Shown here in pieces: positions 1 through 13,368 of a stretch of DNA of 64,000 nt. The DNA is from Reclinomonas americana ATCC 50394 (taxonomy: Eukaryota). Below the pieces are notes generated by a model. That model did not search any database. It was not told the DNA's origin and saw nothing but the letters and a program-made list of their open reading frames with translations. Position 1 is the stretch's first letter; each line of letters begins with the position of its first letter. Location of the stretch: NCBI GenBank assembly GCA_048213135.1, contig PS015015.1, positions 96,925-160,924 of the forward strand. Direction: 5' to 3'. The position numbers and the translations under genes are program-made.

Positions 1-2
1 TC

Positions 3-103
<101 letters not shown>

Positions 104-143
104 CAGACAAGGCAGAAAACATGACCTGCGCGAGAATCACACA

Positions 144-1990
144 TACCGCATCCCCTCCTTCGCGACGCGGTTTGGACCGTCGTTGTCGCTTCCTCTTCTT
201 CTCGTCGCCTGTCGCCGACGTAGCATCCGCAGCAGCACTGTCGCCAGCCGTCTTGGCGGGCGACTCCAACGTGTCGGCGGCAGGCGACATTGCGGCACGC
301 TCCGCCGCCACCCTGGCCGCCACCTCCTGCTCCAGCAGCGCATCTGACGAGTACTCGGGCGCCGACAATTTCCCGTGCAGAAGACGCACACGCTCGCGCA
401 GCTCATCATCTGCAAGCGGCGCAGTGTGTGGTGAGCAAGTGCACGTCACGTGAGTGCGTGCGATCCCGGAGACAAAACTTGTCAAACCACACGACAACGA
501 ATCGCTGCCGCCGTCGGTGACGAGGGTCAGCACCAACGTCGTCAGCGATGGCGATGCATCAGCGTCATTTGTGTCCGCTGCAGCCAGGCGCGACAGCAAG
601 TCACGCAGCCGCTCAATGGGCTCGAAGAACGCAACCCCCTGTTGTTTTTCGTTGGCAGGCAACTGAGTGACAGTGAAACACCCTTCCGCCGTGGTGCGTG
701 CACACACCTGCTCAAACTGCTCCACGAACAGCGCCACCGCACGTGCGCCGAGCACCGTGGACGCATTGAACGCATCGCACACCGCCGTAGCAGCCACCAG
801 GAACTGCGTCGCCAGCACCAACGGCGACGGTTTCGGCGGTTCCTGCAATCGACAATGAGCCTCGATTCACCCATCGGCGACTGAAACGAGCAACTCGGTA
901 CCTTTTCCGCTGCACTCGCATCAGCATCACCACTCGCCTCTGGAGCCGATACCGCCAGCTGCATCGCGAGACGACATTGGCAAGGGTGATGAGCAAGAGC
1001 ACCCCACCAAAAAAAGGACTCACCAGCGGGAACTTGGCCAGCAGCGTCTCATACAACTCGGTAACAAAGGCGAACCGCACGACGTTCTCCTCGTAGCCCT
1101 CCACTATCTCCAGCTGCGCCGGCCTCAGCTTCTCGCCATTGTCTTGTCGCTGTGTGCACGCACGCGTGAGTGCAAGTGCAAAAAGTGTGCGAGGGGAGAG
1201 TAAACAGCACCTCTACGAGCTTGCGCTGTTTGGAGACAGTTCTCCGCAGTTTCCGCAACGAAGTGAGAATGGAGCGGATAATCTGCTCCCCCGGGCTGCT
1301 CGTCTCACCTGTGCGCGCGCAGAGGAGGCCGCATGTGAGCGAGAGCGAGAGAGACAACTGCTCATTCCCACGAAATGCACAGATGCAAATGAAGACGGCG
1401 CAAGTGTGCATTACGCGTGCGTGTGTGCTTGTGTGCAGTGGAGTGAAGAGAGAGAGAGAGGAAGAGGCGGAGAGAGAGGGAGGGGGGGGGCAGAAAGAGG
1501 AATGACAACAATTGGTCGATACAAGTGACTTGTGCAAAACTCTGCGCAGGCGACGAGCATGCCACTCCACGCACACACACGCACACAGACACAGACATGC
1601 ATGCACACACACACATACGCGCACGCACAGAGAGAGACACGTGCGACGAGATGGACATGTCGACGACAACAACAACCCCCCCCCTTTCCACTCCCTCATT
1701 TCTCACGCACCCGCACCAGCGGGCTCTGCCACCACTCTGCCCGCCGCCACTTTGCCGCTCGATGCCGACGCCGCCGACGCCATGTGTGATTTGATCGAAG
1801 TTGTCAGTCGATCGAGCATCCACAGGTTTTGCTTCAATTCGCATGGCTCGTGAGACGAGGTGCGACTTTTCCTCGCTTTCTCGCAGTGTGCATTGTGCTG
1901 ACAGTGGTGTGTGTCGCGCAGATATGAGGCCAAGCGCATGAGCTGCGGTCGATGGACGCTGATCCTCTCAATTCCGATCATCACTTCATT
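144..1990 (-). CDS. Multi-exon hypothetical protein; 3' end probably continues beyond the window edge
   Basis: Exons bounded by ag/gt translate as GETSSPGEQIIRSILTSLRKLRRTVSKQRKLVE, ...YEENVVRFAFVTELYETLLAKFPL, EPPKPSPLVLATQFL..., DDELRERVRLLHGKL...EKKRKRQRR. No family recognised; start uncertain. Confidence 0.5.
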
Positions 1991-2055
1991 GCTGGGAGTT
2001 GCGCGCTCTCTCTCTCACACACACACACAGACAGGCAACGAGACAGAGTGCACTG

Positions 2056-3005
2056 ATGCTCACTCTGTGTGCATTGCATCAGTTGGTGTTGGTGTTGGCG
2101 ACCGCCGGTACGCAAAGTGTCGCCGCGCTGGTCATTGTCTGTCTGTCGTGGACGCCGGCGTATATCATTCTCTTCTTTGCACTTCCGTTGCGCATCAGAG
2201 CATGCTCTTCTTCGTTGTCACCCTATTGCTCATTGGCGATGTATCGCATCATCAAAGTCGCTATTACTCGCTAAGTCGAACACGCTTCCGCTGTCACGGA
2301 CTGTGGTGCTGCGGCTGCTCGTTCCCTGTGGCGACCATTGACGAAGCCGTGCGAGGTACACCCTCCACACACAGCTTGTCTTGGAGATACATATAATGAT
2401 CCGGTGCGCATTGCAGGCGATCCGAGCGATACGATGGTGTTTTGCGGAATCCGCCTGGCCTCGGCGCAGGAGAATGCCGTCATTCTCAAGCGCAAGGAGC
2501 CGACGCAGGCGATGCCAGGTGCGTGTGGTTTTCGATCTGTGCTCACACGGAGGTATTAATACGCTCGCGGTGATCTGATGCAGCGCATCTTCTGGCCCAC
2601 GATCCCAGCTCGTCGGCTGAGCCCTGCTGCGCGGACCACTGCTGCAAGTACACATGCTGCTGCTGCTACCGTTGCGTCAAATGTCGAAACCGCTGTCTTC
2701 CAATCTGCTGACACAAGGCCGGTATTCTGCAGCCTGCAATGTCGTGGTGACTCCCGAGGATCGCGACAAGTGCATCATCGACATCAACAAGCAGTTGCGC
2801 ACCTCATCTCACCCCCGTTGCCTTGTGTGTGAGCCTCTTGCTGAATGCATGCGTATAGGATCATGGCGCTGCGAGCTGGCGGCTTTGATCCGGAAACCGG
2901 CCTCACCAGCGACGAGCCACTGGCGATGCAAGCTGCACGCGAGCGCGAGAGGCAGCAACTGATTGATCAGGGCAGAGGAGGGCGTGGAGGGTTCGGGAGA
3001 CTTTG
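2056..3005 (+). CDS. Small multi-exon hypothetical Cys-containing protein
   Basis: Exon-like segments DPVRIAGDPSDTMVFCGIRLASAQENAVILKRKEP, YSAACNVVVTPEDRDKCIIDINKQ, IMALRAGGFDPETGLTSD...GGFGRL*. 5' end poorly defined. Confidence 0.4.
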
Positions 3006-3112
3006 ATACAGTGAAAAACAGGAGTTGTGCGAAATGGCGGGAATCAAAGGAACATTGTGCGATCGTAAAGGAGTGAGAGAGAGAGTGAGAGCGAGGCAGC
3101 CTTCTCCTCACG

Positions 3113-3351
3113 ATGTCGTCTGCAGCCAGACATTGGCGGCAACTTGCTGTGTGTCTCTTGTGTGTGGCACTGCTGGTGACTGCAGTGGCCAATCACGATG
3201 ACAATGAGGAACACGAGGGTGGTGCTCAGCAGCAGCAGCAGAAGGAGGATGCGCCCAAGGGTATCAACACATGGTGAGAGGGAGAGAGGGAGGAGAGGGT
3301 GGAAGGGGAAGAGTGAATGTGACAAACTGTGCGAGAGAACGAGAGAGAGAC

Positions 3352-3386
<35 letters not shown>

Positions 3387-5844
3387 GAGAGAGAGACACA
3401 CAGACACACACAGAGAGAGAGAGAGAGCACGAGGAAGGAAGAGAGAGGAGAAAGGAGAAGAATGAGAGAAAGGCACAGAAGAATACAGTGACAGATTGTG
3501 CGACAGGAGAAGAGTGAGCGCAAGAGACAGGCACAGAGAGAGGAGGGAGGGAGGGAAGAAGGGAGGGAGGCTGAGAAGGAGCGTGTCTCAGAGAGACAGA
3601 GAGAGAGGGAAGGAGAGAAGAGAGATGCATATGATTCATGCCTTCTCACTCTCTTCTTAGTGAATCACGCTACCCGCTGCTGGCCAAGCAACAATGGGGA
3701 CGCATCGCTGGTCAGGACGGGTGGATGGGCGACGGGACGACGGGAGGCGATCCGCTGACCGATGCGCGTCTGGGGCGCGTTTTTAGTGTGCTGGAGGACC
3801 CGGTGGGCTCGGGCGACTACTACTGGTTTGAGGTGAGACTGTGCTCTTGTCTCTCTACTCGACAATGCTGCTGTCTATAACTTGCTTGTTCGTCGCACAG
3901 GAGAACAAGAACGGGAGGATCGAGTGGCGCGCGATTCAGAACGGGACGGTGCCGGAGGGTCCCAAGGTGGTCTACTGCAGCGGACCGGCAATGCCTGTGC
4001 GAGTTGCGTGCACGTGCGCTCGCGTATCTTGTCTGCCGCTGTCTGGCTAAGAGCTCGTGTGCTGGCAGATGCGTGGTGGATCGCTGGTGCAGCCGCGCGT
4101 GGCACTTGTCGCACCGCACGGCTCGCCGTACTTGATTGTGGCCTCGGTGGTGTCGACCAGTTCCGTACTCGTGTTCACTGTAGACGTGTGAGAGGTGTGA
4201 ACTGACACCGTCTCGGAGCAGGGCACCAGGGTCAGTTCAATGTGTGGGGTCGCATCAATCAGGTTGGCGACAGCGACGGTAACACGCATTCGTGTCTGTT
4301 CCACAAGTTGCGCTCTATTCATCCGCCTTCCTGCCACCACTTGTTACTTGGGCTAAACCGCGTTGACGGTGCAGGATCCTGGGTGTCACCGAACATCCAC
4401 AAATCCGCGGTAAGCCTGCGATATGACATTCGACACTTGCGCCTTGTTGCTTGCTCACACTCCTCTTATTTGCCGCAGGCCTGCTGTACATTCTGGACAT
4501 GGACTTGTGGGGGCAAGCGCGTGTGCGCGAGTTGCACGTCGACATGAATCCAGTGGTGAAGACCATTATTCCCACCAGCGATTGGTCGCCGGGCATGGAT
4601 TCGCCGTTCCAGTTCACCGGGTGGGTGGTGGTGGTGTGCCACTCGGGTGTATACTGTAGTCTGACGAACGACGCACACTTGTACTGCCCAGGCCCGATCC
4701 CGCCGGCTCGTTCTACTTTGCCGATTTCGACAACAACTCGGTGGTGCGCATGAATGCCGACTTTTCGGTGCAGTCGTGGGGCGAGGGCGACGCCGGCTGG
4801 AACGACGGACCAGGTGGGTTGGGAGAGAGGAGTGTAGGTGTAAGGCTGCATGCTGAAAGTGTGCGTGTGTGGCCACAGGTGATCGTGCACTCTTCAACGG
4901 ACCATTTGGAGTGGCTCTGCTGGACAACGATCACATTGTGGTGTCGGACTCGGTCTGTGCTGTCCGCTCGTGCCTTTGCCTGTCACTCCTCTCATTTTTG
5001 TCCCTTGCGCGCATGTGCAGAACTCGCACACTCTCCGTCTGATCAGCATGAAGACGAGTTGCGTTGTTCTGTGAAGGGTGTCACCACTTTTTGGCTTGTC
5101 GTTCTCACCCCGTCGCTTGCAGACGAAGTGTGCACTTTGGCAGGTGCGCACGCCATTGCTACCTCCATCCCAAGTGCTCGGTGACTGAATTGTACGCAGG
5201 TCGACCCAATGTTCGCGGCTTTGGCGAGGGCGACGAATCGCAGCTCCTCAACTTCCCCAAGGTGCCGTTCTCCTTCTCCTCACCACTGTCTTTCCTCGTT
5301 CTCATCCCCACGTGCGGCGCAGGGTCTCATGTGGAACACGGCCACTAAGACCCTGCTCATTGCCGACAGTGGCTCCTTGTTGCGCCTCTGCTTCCCCATC
5401 CCTTTCTCTCTCTTCCGCACAAGTTTTGCTCACTCGCGTACCGCCAGCACCATTCGCACGCTGCACTTCCCGGCTCTCAAGGCCGCTGCCGACAAGGCCG
5501 AGCGTGACCGCCTGCAACGCGAGCACCTGCAAGCGCTGCGTGAGCAGGCGCGTCGTGTCCGCGAGATGCGCGAGCGCCACCTGGCCGAGATGGCGCGCGC
5601 CGCCGAGATCGAGATCCAACAGCGCCAAGACATGGAGAAGAGGCGTGCCGACCTGCTCAAGGCCAACCCCGACATGTCAGTGGACGGACACACCGGCCCG
5701 CAGTCGGTGGAGGGCGCCACGGCAAGCGCCGCACAACCTCCACCGGAAGAATTGGCCTTTGACGCGCGGCAAGAGAATCCCACGCCACCGCCACCTCCTC
5801 CGCCTCCACCACCACCAACACAAGCTTCGCCACCTCCACCGCCG
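3113..5844 (+). CDS. Secreted NHL-repeat beta-propeller protein with C-terminal coiled coil and Pro-rich tail; runs into a gap
   Basis: Signal peptide MSSAARHWRQLAVCLLCVALLVTAVA. NHL-type segments GEGDAGWNDGP/GDRALFNGPFGVALLD and AGRPNVRGFGEGDESQLLNFPK/GLMWNTATKTLLIADS. Charged helix ERDRLQREHLQALREQARR. Confidence 0.65.
3276..3625. repeat. GA-rich low-complexity intron
   Basis: (GA)n and purine runs between gtgag donor (~3274) and cttag acceptor (3660). Confidence 0.85.
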
Positions 5845-6144
5845 NNNNNNNNNNNNNNNNNNNNNNNNNNNNNNNNNNNNNNNNNNNNNNNNNNNNNNNN
5901 NNNNNNNNNNNNNNNNNNNNNNNNNNNNNNNNNNNNNNNNNNNNNNNNNNNNNNNNNNNNNNNNNNNNNNNNNNNNNNNNNNNNNNNNNNNNNNNNNNNN
6001 NNNNNNNNNNNNNNCAGCGGCGGCGGCGGCGGCAAAGGCAGCGAATTACTAATTAATGGCCACACACAGACACGCACATTCCCGACTCTTTCTCTAACAA
6101 ATTCTGTACGATTCCATCTCTCCTCCTCCGTTCCAAGTCGTCGG

Positions 6145-7940
6145 TTAGCGAACGTGCAGCTCTTGTGAGGGCCTGCCACCCAGATGCGGCGCCGAGGGTT
6201 GTGGTCTGGAAAGCTTGCCAATGATCTCCGCCTGCGGTTGCAGCTGCAGCGAGTGCAGGATGCGATAAAACGTCTTTCCGTACTCGCGCCACGCTGACTC
6301 CTCCGCCTCCATAACAATCACCACGCCGAGGCACCGCGCGTACTACAAGAAAGGGAGAAAGAGGGAGAGTAAGAAACGGTGTCGACAGAAAGAAGCTCGT
6401 GTGTCGGTGCGGCACCTTGATTTGCGCCGCCACCAGCGTGTCTCGCCGCATGACCTTGTCGTCCTGCGCGTACGTGTACCTCATAAACTCGAACGTGCGC
6501 TGCACCGTGCGCAGCGAGTCGGTGGTGTCGATGGGCGCCCACGGCACGGGAATGGACGGCAGCTGCTCCGACTGGACCACTGTGTCGTCGGTTTCGGTGG
6601 GCGGGTTGTCCGGATCCCCGTGCGCCAGATCCACCAGACTGGCGCTGTGCCGGACTTGGGTTTCGAGCACTTCGTGTTTGAATAGGAATTGCATGTTGAT
6701 TTCCTGTGGGAGGGAGGGAAGAGGGAGGAAGAGGGGAGGGAGGGGAAGAAGAGAAGGGTGAATACTGGGCGGACAAGAACTGGGAAGACAGGTGGCGAGA
6801 GGGAGCAAAAGGAAGGATGAGGGTGCACGCTGACACCAGCAGACTGGAGACCAGAGACAGCAATAGAAAGAGGAAAAGGCGAGGCGATGAAACTTGAGAC
6901 CATAAAAACAAAGGGAGGACGTGTAGAAGGAGAGAAGCAAGGGTGAGACAGAAAAGGCTCGAAGTACACGAAGCAACCGAGGAGGCGGATGCTGACAGGA
7001 AGACACTGGAGAAGAAAGATGGAGAGAGGAAAAGGCGAGGTGATGAAGATAAAGACCACACACACAACGGGAGGAATGGTGGTACAGGAGAAGAAGCACA
7101 TACTGAGATGGGAATGGCTCGAGACAGAGGTGCACACGAAGCAACCGACGACGTGGATGCTGACTGTAAGAGATAGGAGAACAGAGGAAGCGTTGATGGA
7201 GTGCGGAGAAGGCAAGAGAGCGAGGCTGGAGACCACAAGCTCGCAGGTACACACAAAGGGAGGGATGGTGGAGAAGAGAGAAGTGCTTGATTCACTCTGC
7301 GAGAACAGAGAGAAGACGAAGATCGATGTGAGAGATAACGGCGAGGAACAGGAAACCTGCAAAGTTGTAGCAGAGAGAAGGACAGGACGAGTGAGCCGGT
7401 GAGGATGAAGAAGAGAGGAACAACGGAAGATGGCCGAGCAAGGACGTTCTCACCGATCCTCGCCCTTTCTCGGCCCTCTCACATCGATCGTCGGCATTCT
7501 TTCTTTCCTCTCACTTGTCATCTCTCTCTATCTCTCGGCATGCACGGTGTCGTGTACTTCATCCACACTGGCTAGTTCTCTCTCTCTCTCTCTCTCTCTC
7601 TCTGTTCTCTTCAGCCCTTCACTTCCCGTTTCTCGGCCCTCTTCAATCTCCTCTCTCTTTCCCCCTTGCCACTACCCCTCCTTCCTCCCCACCTTGGCCA
7701 GCTCACGCGTTGTCCTGGGCGGATCGAGCTTCTCCAGCTGGAACTCCATGCTGGCGCCCGAGTTGTGCGCGACCACCACCTTGCGCGCACACGAGCCACC
7801 CTGATGTCGCACACTCCATCCGGCCACACACGGATACACAAACGTCAGACCGTCGTTGCGGAAGGTTTTCTCTGAGAGAGAGACACACAAGTGAGAGACA
7901 AGTGAGTGAAAGCGATCGTCGTCCGTTTGAGCACCATTTT
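6145..7940 (-). CDS. PsbP/Mog1/DcrB-fold-like small protein (tentative)
   Basis: Spliced EKTFRNDGLTFVYP..GW, VVVAHNSGASMEFQLEKLDPPRTTRELAK|EINMQFLFKHEVLE...FMRYTYAQDDKVMRRDTLVAAQIK|YARCLGVVIVMEAEESAWREYGKTFYRILHSLQLQP...*. The F.YP..W start and 'F..IL.SL' end resemble this fold; family assignment is inference. Confidence 0.5.
6825..7290. repeat. Degenerate ~165-bp tandem repeat (about 3 copies) inside a ~1 kb intron
   Basis: Recurring agaggaaaaggcgagg(c/t)gatgaa (~6869, ~7026), acacgaagcaaccga (~6966, ~7134) and gctgac (~6829, ~6991, ~7159). Confidence 0.65.
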
Positions 7941-8487
7941 TTGTGCGTGTGTGTGTGATTCTCTCTTTCTCTTTGACTGTGTCTGTGATCACGCACCATT
8001 CTGTATGTCGCTGATTGGTGGTGGCTCGTCACTGTAGCTGCACCCCTGTTCCTCACACCCCCCAACGAACAAGAGTGAGTGAATGTGAGCTGTTATGAGC
8101 GCGATTGATGGGACTCGTGTGCGTGTGTGTGAGTATGTGTGTGTTGTTGGAGGAGGCGCACCATGTTGTGAGTCGATCGCGTTGGCTCACTACACAAAGT
8201 GGTGATTGGATTTGGAGAGTGCGTTCGTCGGTTATCGCGGACTGCGAACGCTTACGCCAAGATGTCACGACATGCGTGTTGTGCGGGTGGAAGCTGCCTC
8301 CGGTTTGTCATGCAAGTGATCAAGCGTTGAGCACTATCTGGTCGGTCTGTCAGATTATGTGAGGGGAAATGTGGGTGGCAGTACATCAGGATACAGAGTC
8401 CATTCTGTGTCACCATGGACCGTGCTATATATGGGCGTGTGCGCCGTCGTGTGGGGAGGAGGGTGGTGCTGGCGGCCTCTCAAGGAG

Positions 8488-11400
8488 ATGCCTGTAGGCA
8501 GAGAGAATCGCGATACACTGCGCGGGACAAGTCGTTACAAAGTTTTCGCACTGTTGAGAGAGAAGGTGACTTGCAGGCGCGCTCCGCGCGCCTGCGCGTC
8601 TGTCTGTATGAAGACACCACATTGTCTCTGACTCCTTGTGCTGTGTCAGATGGCTGCGGCTGCGGATGTGGTGCGCTTCGTGCGTCTGCCACCGGCGACC
8701 ACACAGTTGTACTGCATGGCACCGACATCGGCACCGTGCCTCGCTCTCCTCGCGCTTCTCGAGGCAGCTGACAGTCAGGTGGCAATCACAGAGGAGACTA
8801 TGGACGCCTACGATCGTCTCTTCTGTGTGCAAGAGGAGAATGGTTTCCATCACCGCCTGTTTCAACGCAGCGGCACCTTCTCCAGCCGCCCGGCGCGACG
8901 CGCAGCCCGAGCGTGTGGAGCGCTTAAGAGGCCCACCGTCGTGAGTGGTCAGTGTGTGCACGCGTTGAGTGTGTGTGATTGGAGCGATGTGATCTGACTG
9001 GTGATTGTTAGTCGTGGGGAAGTGCCCACTGGGCGAGTGTACGAGTACCACTGTCACCCTTGTTATATTCAACACCCACAACTAGGCGGCACGAGAGGTC
9101 GCGCGAACCGTACACTCTCGGACGCTGACCACACTGCGCAGTGCGTTGATGAGGATGGAGTGCCACAGTTCATGAGTGGTGTGTCAGTGTCGCGTGCAAT
9201 TGCAAGTGCTCACGCCCCTGCTCAATGAGTGCCATAGAGCAACACTTCCATGCTCCGTGCGGCTCCGCAGTGCGAAAGGATCAGCTCGAAGCGAAGGTAC
9301 AGGCGTTTGTGGAAAGTGAAGGTTCTTGTCTGCTCAGTGTGCCTGCGCCTCTGTTCGTCCTTGTGTCACTCACTGCTAAGAGCAGAAGCAGAGGCAGAGG
9401 CTGACCAGGAAGTGGTTCTGGAACTGCAACGCAAAGCTGTGCCTCTCGCAGAGGCTGGACTCTTGCTGAAGCCTATTGGATTGCAACGACAGAAGATGAC
9501 TCTCTGGGTGATTGACGGCACTGCGGCCGCCGCTCCTGACACACCGCCCATGTTTGTCGCCACCAACTCGAAGCAGAGCTATGTGGATGGTTTGGCCATC
9601 GTCAGCCCTATTCTGCCTCGGCCACCGGCAGGGCCTGAGCCGTTGCACATGGACCAATTGTGGCGGTGCTCTCGCTGCAGTGGACGATACGCGGCTGCGG
9701 CGTGTGCCCACGTTCAAGTGGCCCACAATGCTGGAGTCGGTGCTGTTAACGGTCGCACCCTTGAGTTTGTCGGCGACGACGGTCTTGAACATGAGGCACT
9801 TGCGCTACCTCCCAACGTTCGGTCCTTGCACAAGAAGAGGTCGTCACGGAAACGAGCCGGCGATGCCGATGCAGCAACGATTGACATCAGGGCTCAGGTG
9901 CGTCACGTTTATGCATGCGTGAGGCAGAGAGCGGGAGCTGGTGGAGTATTATTATCGACGCGATGTCTCACTCCGTCCACCTCCTCCACAGATGGTGGAG
10001 GCGATCAGGGACTCCAAAATGTATCGCGTGCCGTTTGCCACAGTGCTTGGCGAGCCAGGCTGTTTGCCAGTCGTCGAGGACATTACATCGTGCTCCTTCA
10101 AGCCACATCGCTCTCGACAGAAGATGCCGGCAATACGGCTAGTAATCCGCATGCCCGTTGCGGTGGTGCCAGGTTGGTACACTCCGTGGCGTTGATCATG
10201 AAGTGCTGGGGTGCATCTGTGTGTGGCTCATTGCGCCTCATATGTGCAGCGCAGGGAGCGCTACATCTTGGGTCGAGTCTCACGATTGCAGTCGTGAAGC
10301 TCGACGCCGAGTGGGCTGTCGATTCGGTAATCTCCAAGTGCGACTGCAACGCGGCCCACACAGAGTGCGCGCACGTAATGATTGCGCGCTTCGTCGTCAA
10401 GCGTCTACTCCGACCTCAACCTCCAGCTGCCGAGGTACCAATACCGGCGGCGCACGATGCTGCGGAGGATGTCGCGCCTGCCGCAGTTCTCCAGGAGCCT
10501 CCTGCGCTGGAGGATGTGCGACCACGACTGTCGGAAGAGCGGCATTGTGATAGGTTTTGGTTCGATCTGAGCCAGCTGTCGGACGATGAGCTTGCTGCTC
10601 ACGACGTGATGCGCATTGTACGGAGTGTAGGTGCGTTGAGCTGTCTGGAGATAGGGCTGGTGTCTTGCGCCAGGCTAACCGTGGTGCATGGTATGCCTTG
10701 TTGTGGCAGAGGAGGATCACAAGCACACATCATACCAGTTTCCATGGATGTACAAGCCAGGTGAACTCGCTCGTGCCGAGGATCACATGGTGTTGGCAAA
10801 CAGGCTCTACATGCCAGCGGCGACGTGTCCCGCCTGTGGGTATAATGTGCATCGGAACTCGGAACGCCGGTCAGGAGTGTGTTTGACGACTCATGGTGTT
10901 GCTCAAGGTCAGTCACCTCCACTGGATGCTTCCCGAGTAGGCATTGGCATCTCTTAGCTTTCATGTTGACGCAGGCCTATACTTCACTTCGGGTCGATGC
11001 ACTAACAAAGAGTGCAACATCGACGTGTACCCTCGCGACGCCAGTTGGCTCATCCACATCCTGGACGATGGCTTTGCATGTAGTTTCAATGTGCTTATCA
11101 AGCTCACCTGGCACATGCCCCGAGTGAGTCTGCGTGATCTTCATCGCACTTTCTCTTTCCTGTGTTGACTGATGGTTTGTTGTCTCACACAGTTTGGACA
11201 TGGCATCAAGACGAGTATGTTGGAGCTGTTCCCTCATGACTACGGCGAGCCTCCTGGCATCAAGTCCCTGCAGCAGGTGCGAGACTGCTGTGAAGCATTC
11301 ATCAGCTTCACCCCGTGGCCATACAAGCCGCTCTGCCTTAAGTGCGGTGGTGACAAGTTCGTAGCAGTCGTAATGGATGGTCAGTTTGCAGTGGCGCTTC

Positions 11401-12661
11401 TCTTTTGTTGTCTGTCTGGCAGCTGCGCAACTCGTGAGCTGTCCACTCGCAGGTATCGAAGGAGTGGTGATGCGAGTGCCGAGTTACGTTCTTGTGTGGG
11501 GTACTAGGATTGGTGTGAGCGTCTGACGGCGCCATGGATTTGTACAACCGCTTACCGGATGCTGCAGGGGAGGCTGCCAAGTTCCAGACAAGCGAAGAGG
11601 AAGAGGGCATTCTGCAGCGCAACGCCCAGCAACCAATGAATCTCGTCAAGCGGTGGTCGAACGTTGACAAGATGGTGCACCTACAACCCTTCCTGCCACC
11701 GTCAATTCGTCAGAGTTTTGTGCCTATCTGAATCCTCCGTGCTATAGTTTACGTGATAATCTGACTACTGTCGTCGATACACAGAGCTCAAGCCTCTTGA
11801 GAACTACTTAGCTGGTGAGTTTCCCATGCACGCCAACCGTGATATGATTAAGGGAGATGGCACTGCCGCCGTCAACACGGAGAGCCGGAAGCTGCATCGT
11901 GCAGAGCAGCAAGGTGCCGAACTTGTTGGCCCTCTCGGTGACGGTGACGAGGCTGAGTATGACAAGCTCATGGAGGGTCTTGACGAGGAGAGCATGGGGT
12001 ACGAGCTGCGTCGGAAGCTGCAGCACTCAAAGGTATATGCTCCCCTCAGGCAGAATGTGACGCCCGCACGTGCGGTTGTTGTGCTCACCCATTGTTATGT
12101 CACAGAAAGCAGTATTGAAAGCATATCTGGCGATGGAGAGGGTCGCGTTTGATCCGAACGCTCTGCGCGACACGTTGCGCAGGCAAGCGATTAACCACTG
12201 CTGCGTCAAACACGGACTTGAAGTGGACACCAAGAACTTCAACGCAGTGTCTCAACCGACCACATGTAAGTGTGTGTGTGTGTGTGTGCGTGTGTGTGTA
12301 TATGTGAGAAATCGCATTCAAGTCGCAGTCCACTGACAAAGTGCATCGTTCACGTCCGTTCATGCAGCACATATCCTCACCGCACAGTGCCCACACGGAA
12401 CCGTTATAGCATTCTCTGTCTGCAACCGATCAGAAGGTGAAGGTGACTATGGAGACATGCTGGACTCGCTCAAGTTCGACTGGCTCCCCAATCTGGTGCG
12501 TCGCTTCCGTTGTCCATCTTAGAAGAGTGCTGACACAGCGCGCGACATTTGCAGACATCATCGCAAACGCAGGCTGCGAGCAATGGAGCAGCCGTGTTCC
12601 AGCTGATTGTCGTGCAACGAGCAGTAGAACTGTCATCTGCACAGCGCGAGCAGCTCACCAC
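8488..12661 (+). mobile_element. Intron-containing Zisupton/HMGXB3(KDZ)-like transposase gene, truncated by an assembly gap
   Basis: SWIM-like CDC..AHTECAH (~10340) and CSRC...CAH (~9670); CPAC...CTNKEC Cys cluster; CLKCGGDKFVAVVMDG (~11335-11380); SAP-like KAVLKAYLAMERVAFDPNALRDTL (~12110); CPHGTVIAFSVCNRSEGEGDYGDMLDSLKFDWLPNL (~12388-12495). This motif order is typical of the family. Element termini not seen. Confidence 0.68.
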
Positions 12662-13368
12662 NNNNNNNNNNNNNNNNNNNNNNNNNNNNNNNNNNNNNNN
12701 NNNNNNNNNNNNNNNNNNNNNNNNNNNNNNNNNNNNNNNNNNNNNNNNNNNNNNNNNNNNNNNNNNNNNNNNNNNNNNNNNNNNNNNNNNNNNNNNNNNN
12801 NNNNNNNNNNNNNNNNNNNNNNNNNNNNNNNNNNNNNNNNNNNNNNNNNNNNNNNNNNNNNNNNNNNNNNNNNNNNNNNNNNNNNNNNNNNNNNNNNNNN
12901 NNNNNNNNNNNNNNNNNNNNNNNNNNNNNNNNNNNNNNNNNNNNNNNNNNNNNNNNNNNNNNNNNNNNNNNNNNNNNNNNNNNNNNNNNNNNNNNNNNNN
13001 NNNNNNNNNNNNNNNNNNNNNNNNNNNNNNNNNNNNNNNNNNNNNNNNNNNNNNNNNNNNNNNNNNNNNNNNNNNNNNNNNNNNNNNNNNNNNNNNNNNN
13101 NNNNNNNNNNNNNNNNNNNNNNNNNNNNNNNNNNNNNNNNNNNNNNNNNNNNNNNNNNNNNNNNNNNNNNNNNNNNNNNNNNNNNNNNNNNNNNNNNNNN
13201 NNNNNNNNNNNNNNNNNNNNNNNNNNNNNNNNNNNNNNNNNNNNNNNNNNNNNNNNNNNNNNNNNNNNNNNNNNNNNNNNNNNNNNNNNNNNNNNNNNNN
13301 NNNNNNNNNNNNNNNNNNNNNNNNNNNNNNNNNNNNNNNNNNNNNNNNNNNNNNNNNNNNNNNNNNNN

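Noticed and set aside
6053-7402. Long ORFs on both strands (e.g. 6053-7252, 6318-7295)
   Set aside because: Mostly stop-poor low-complexity intron sequence; only the 6145-6705 exons look coding.
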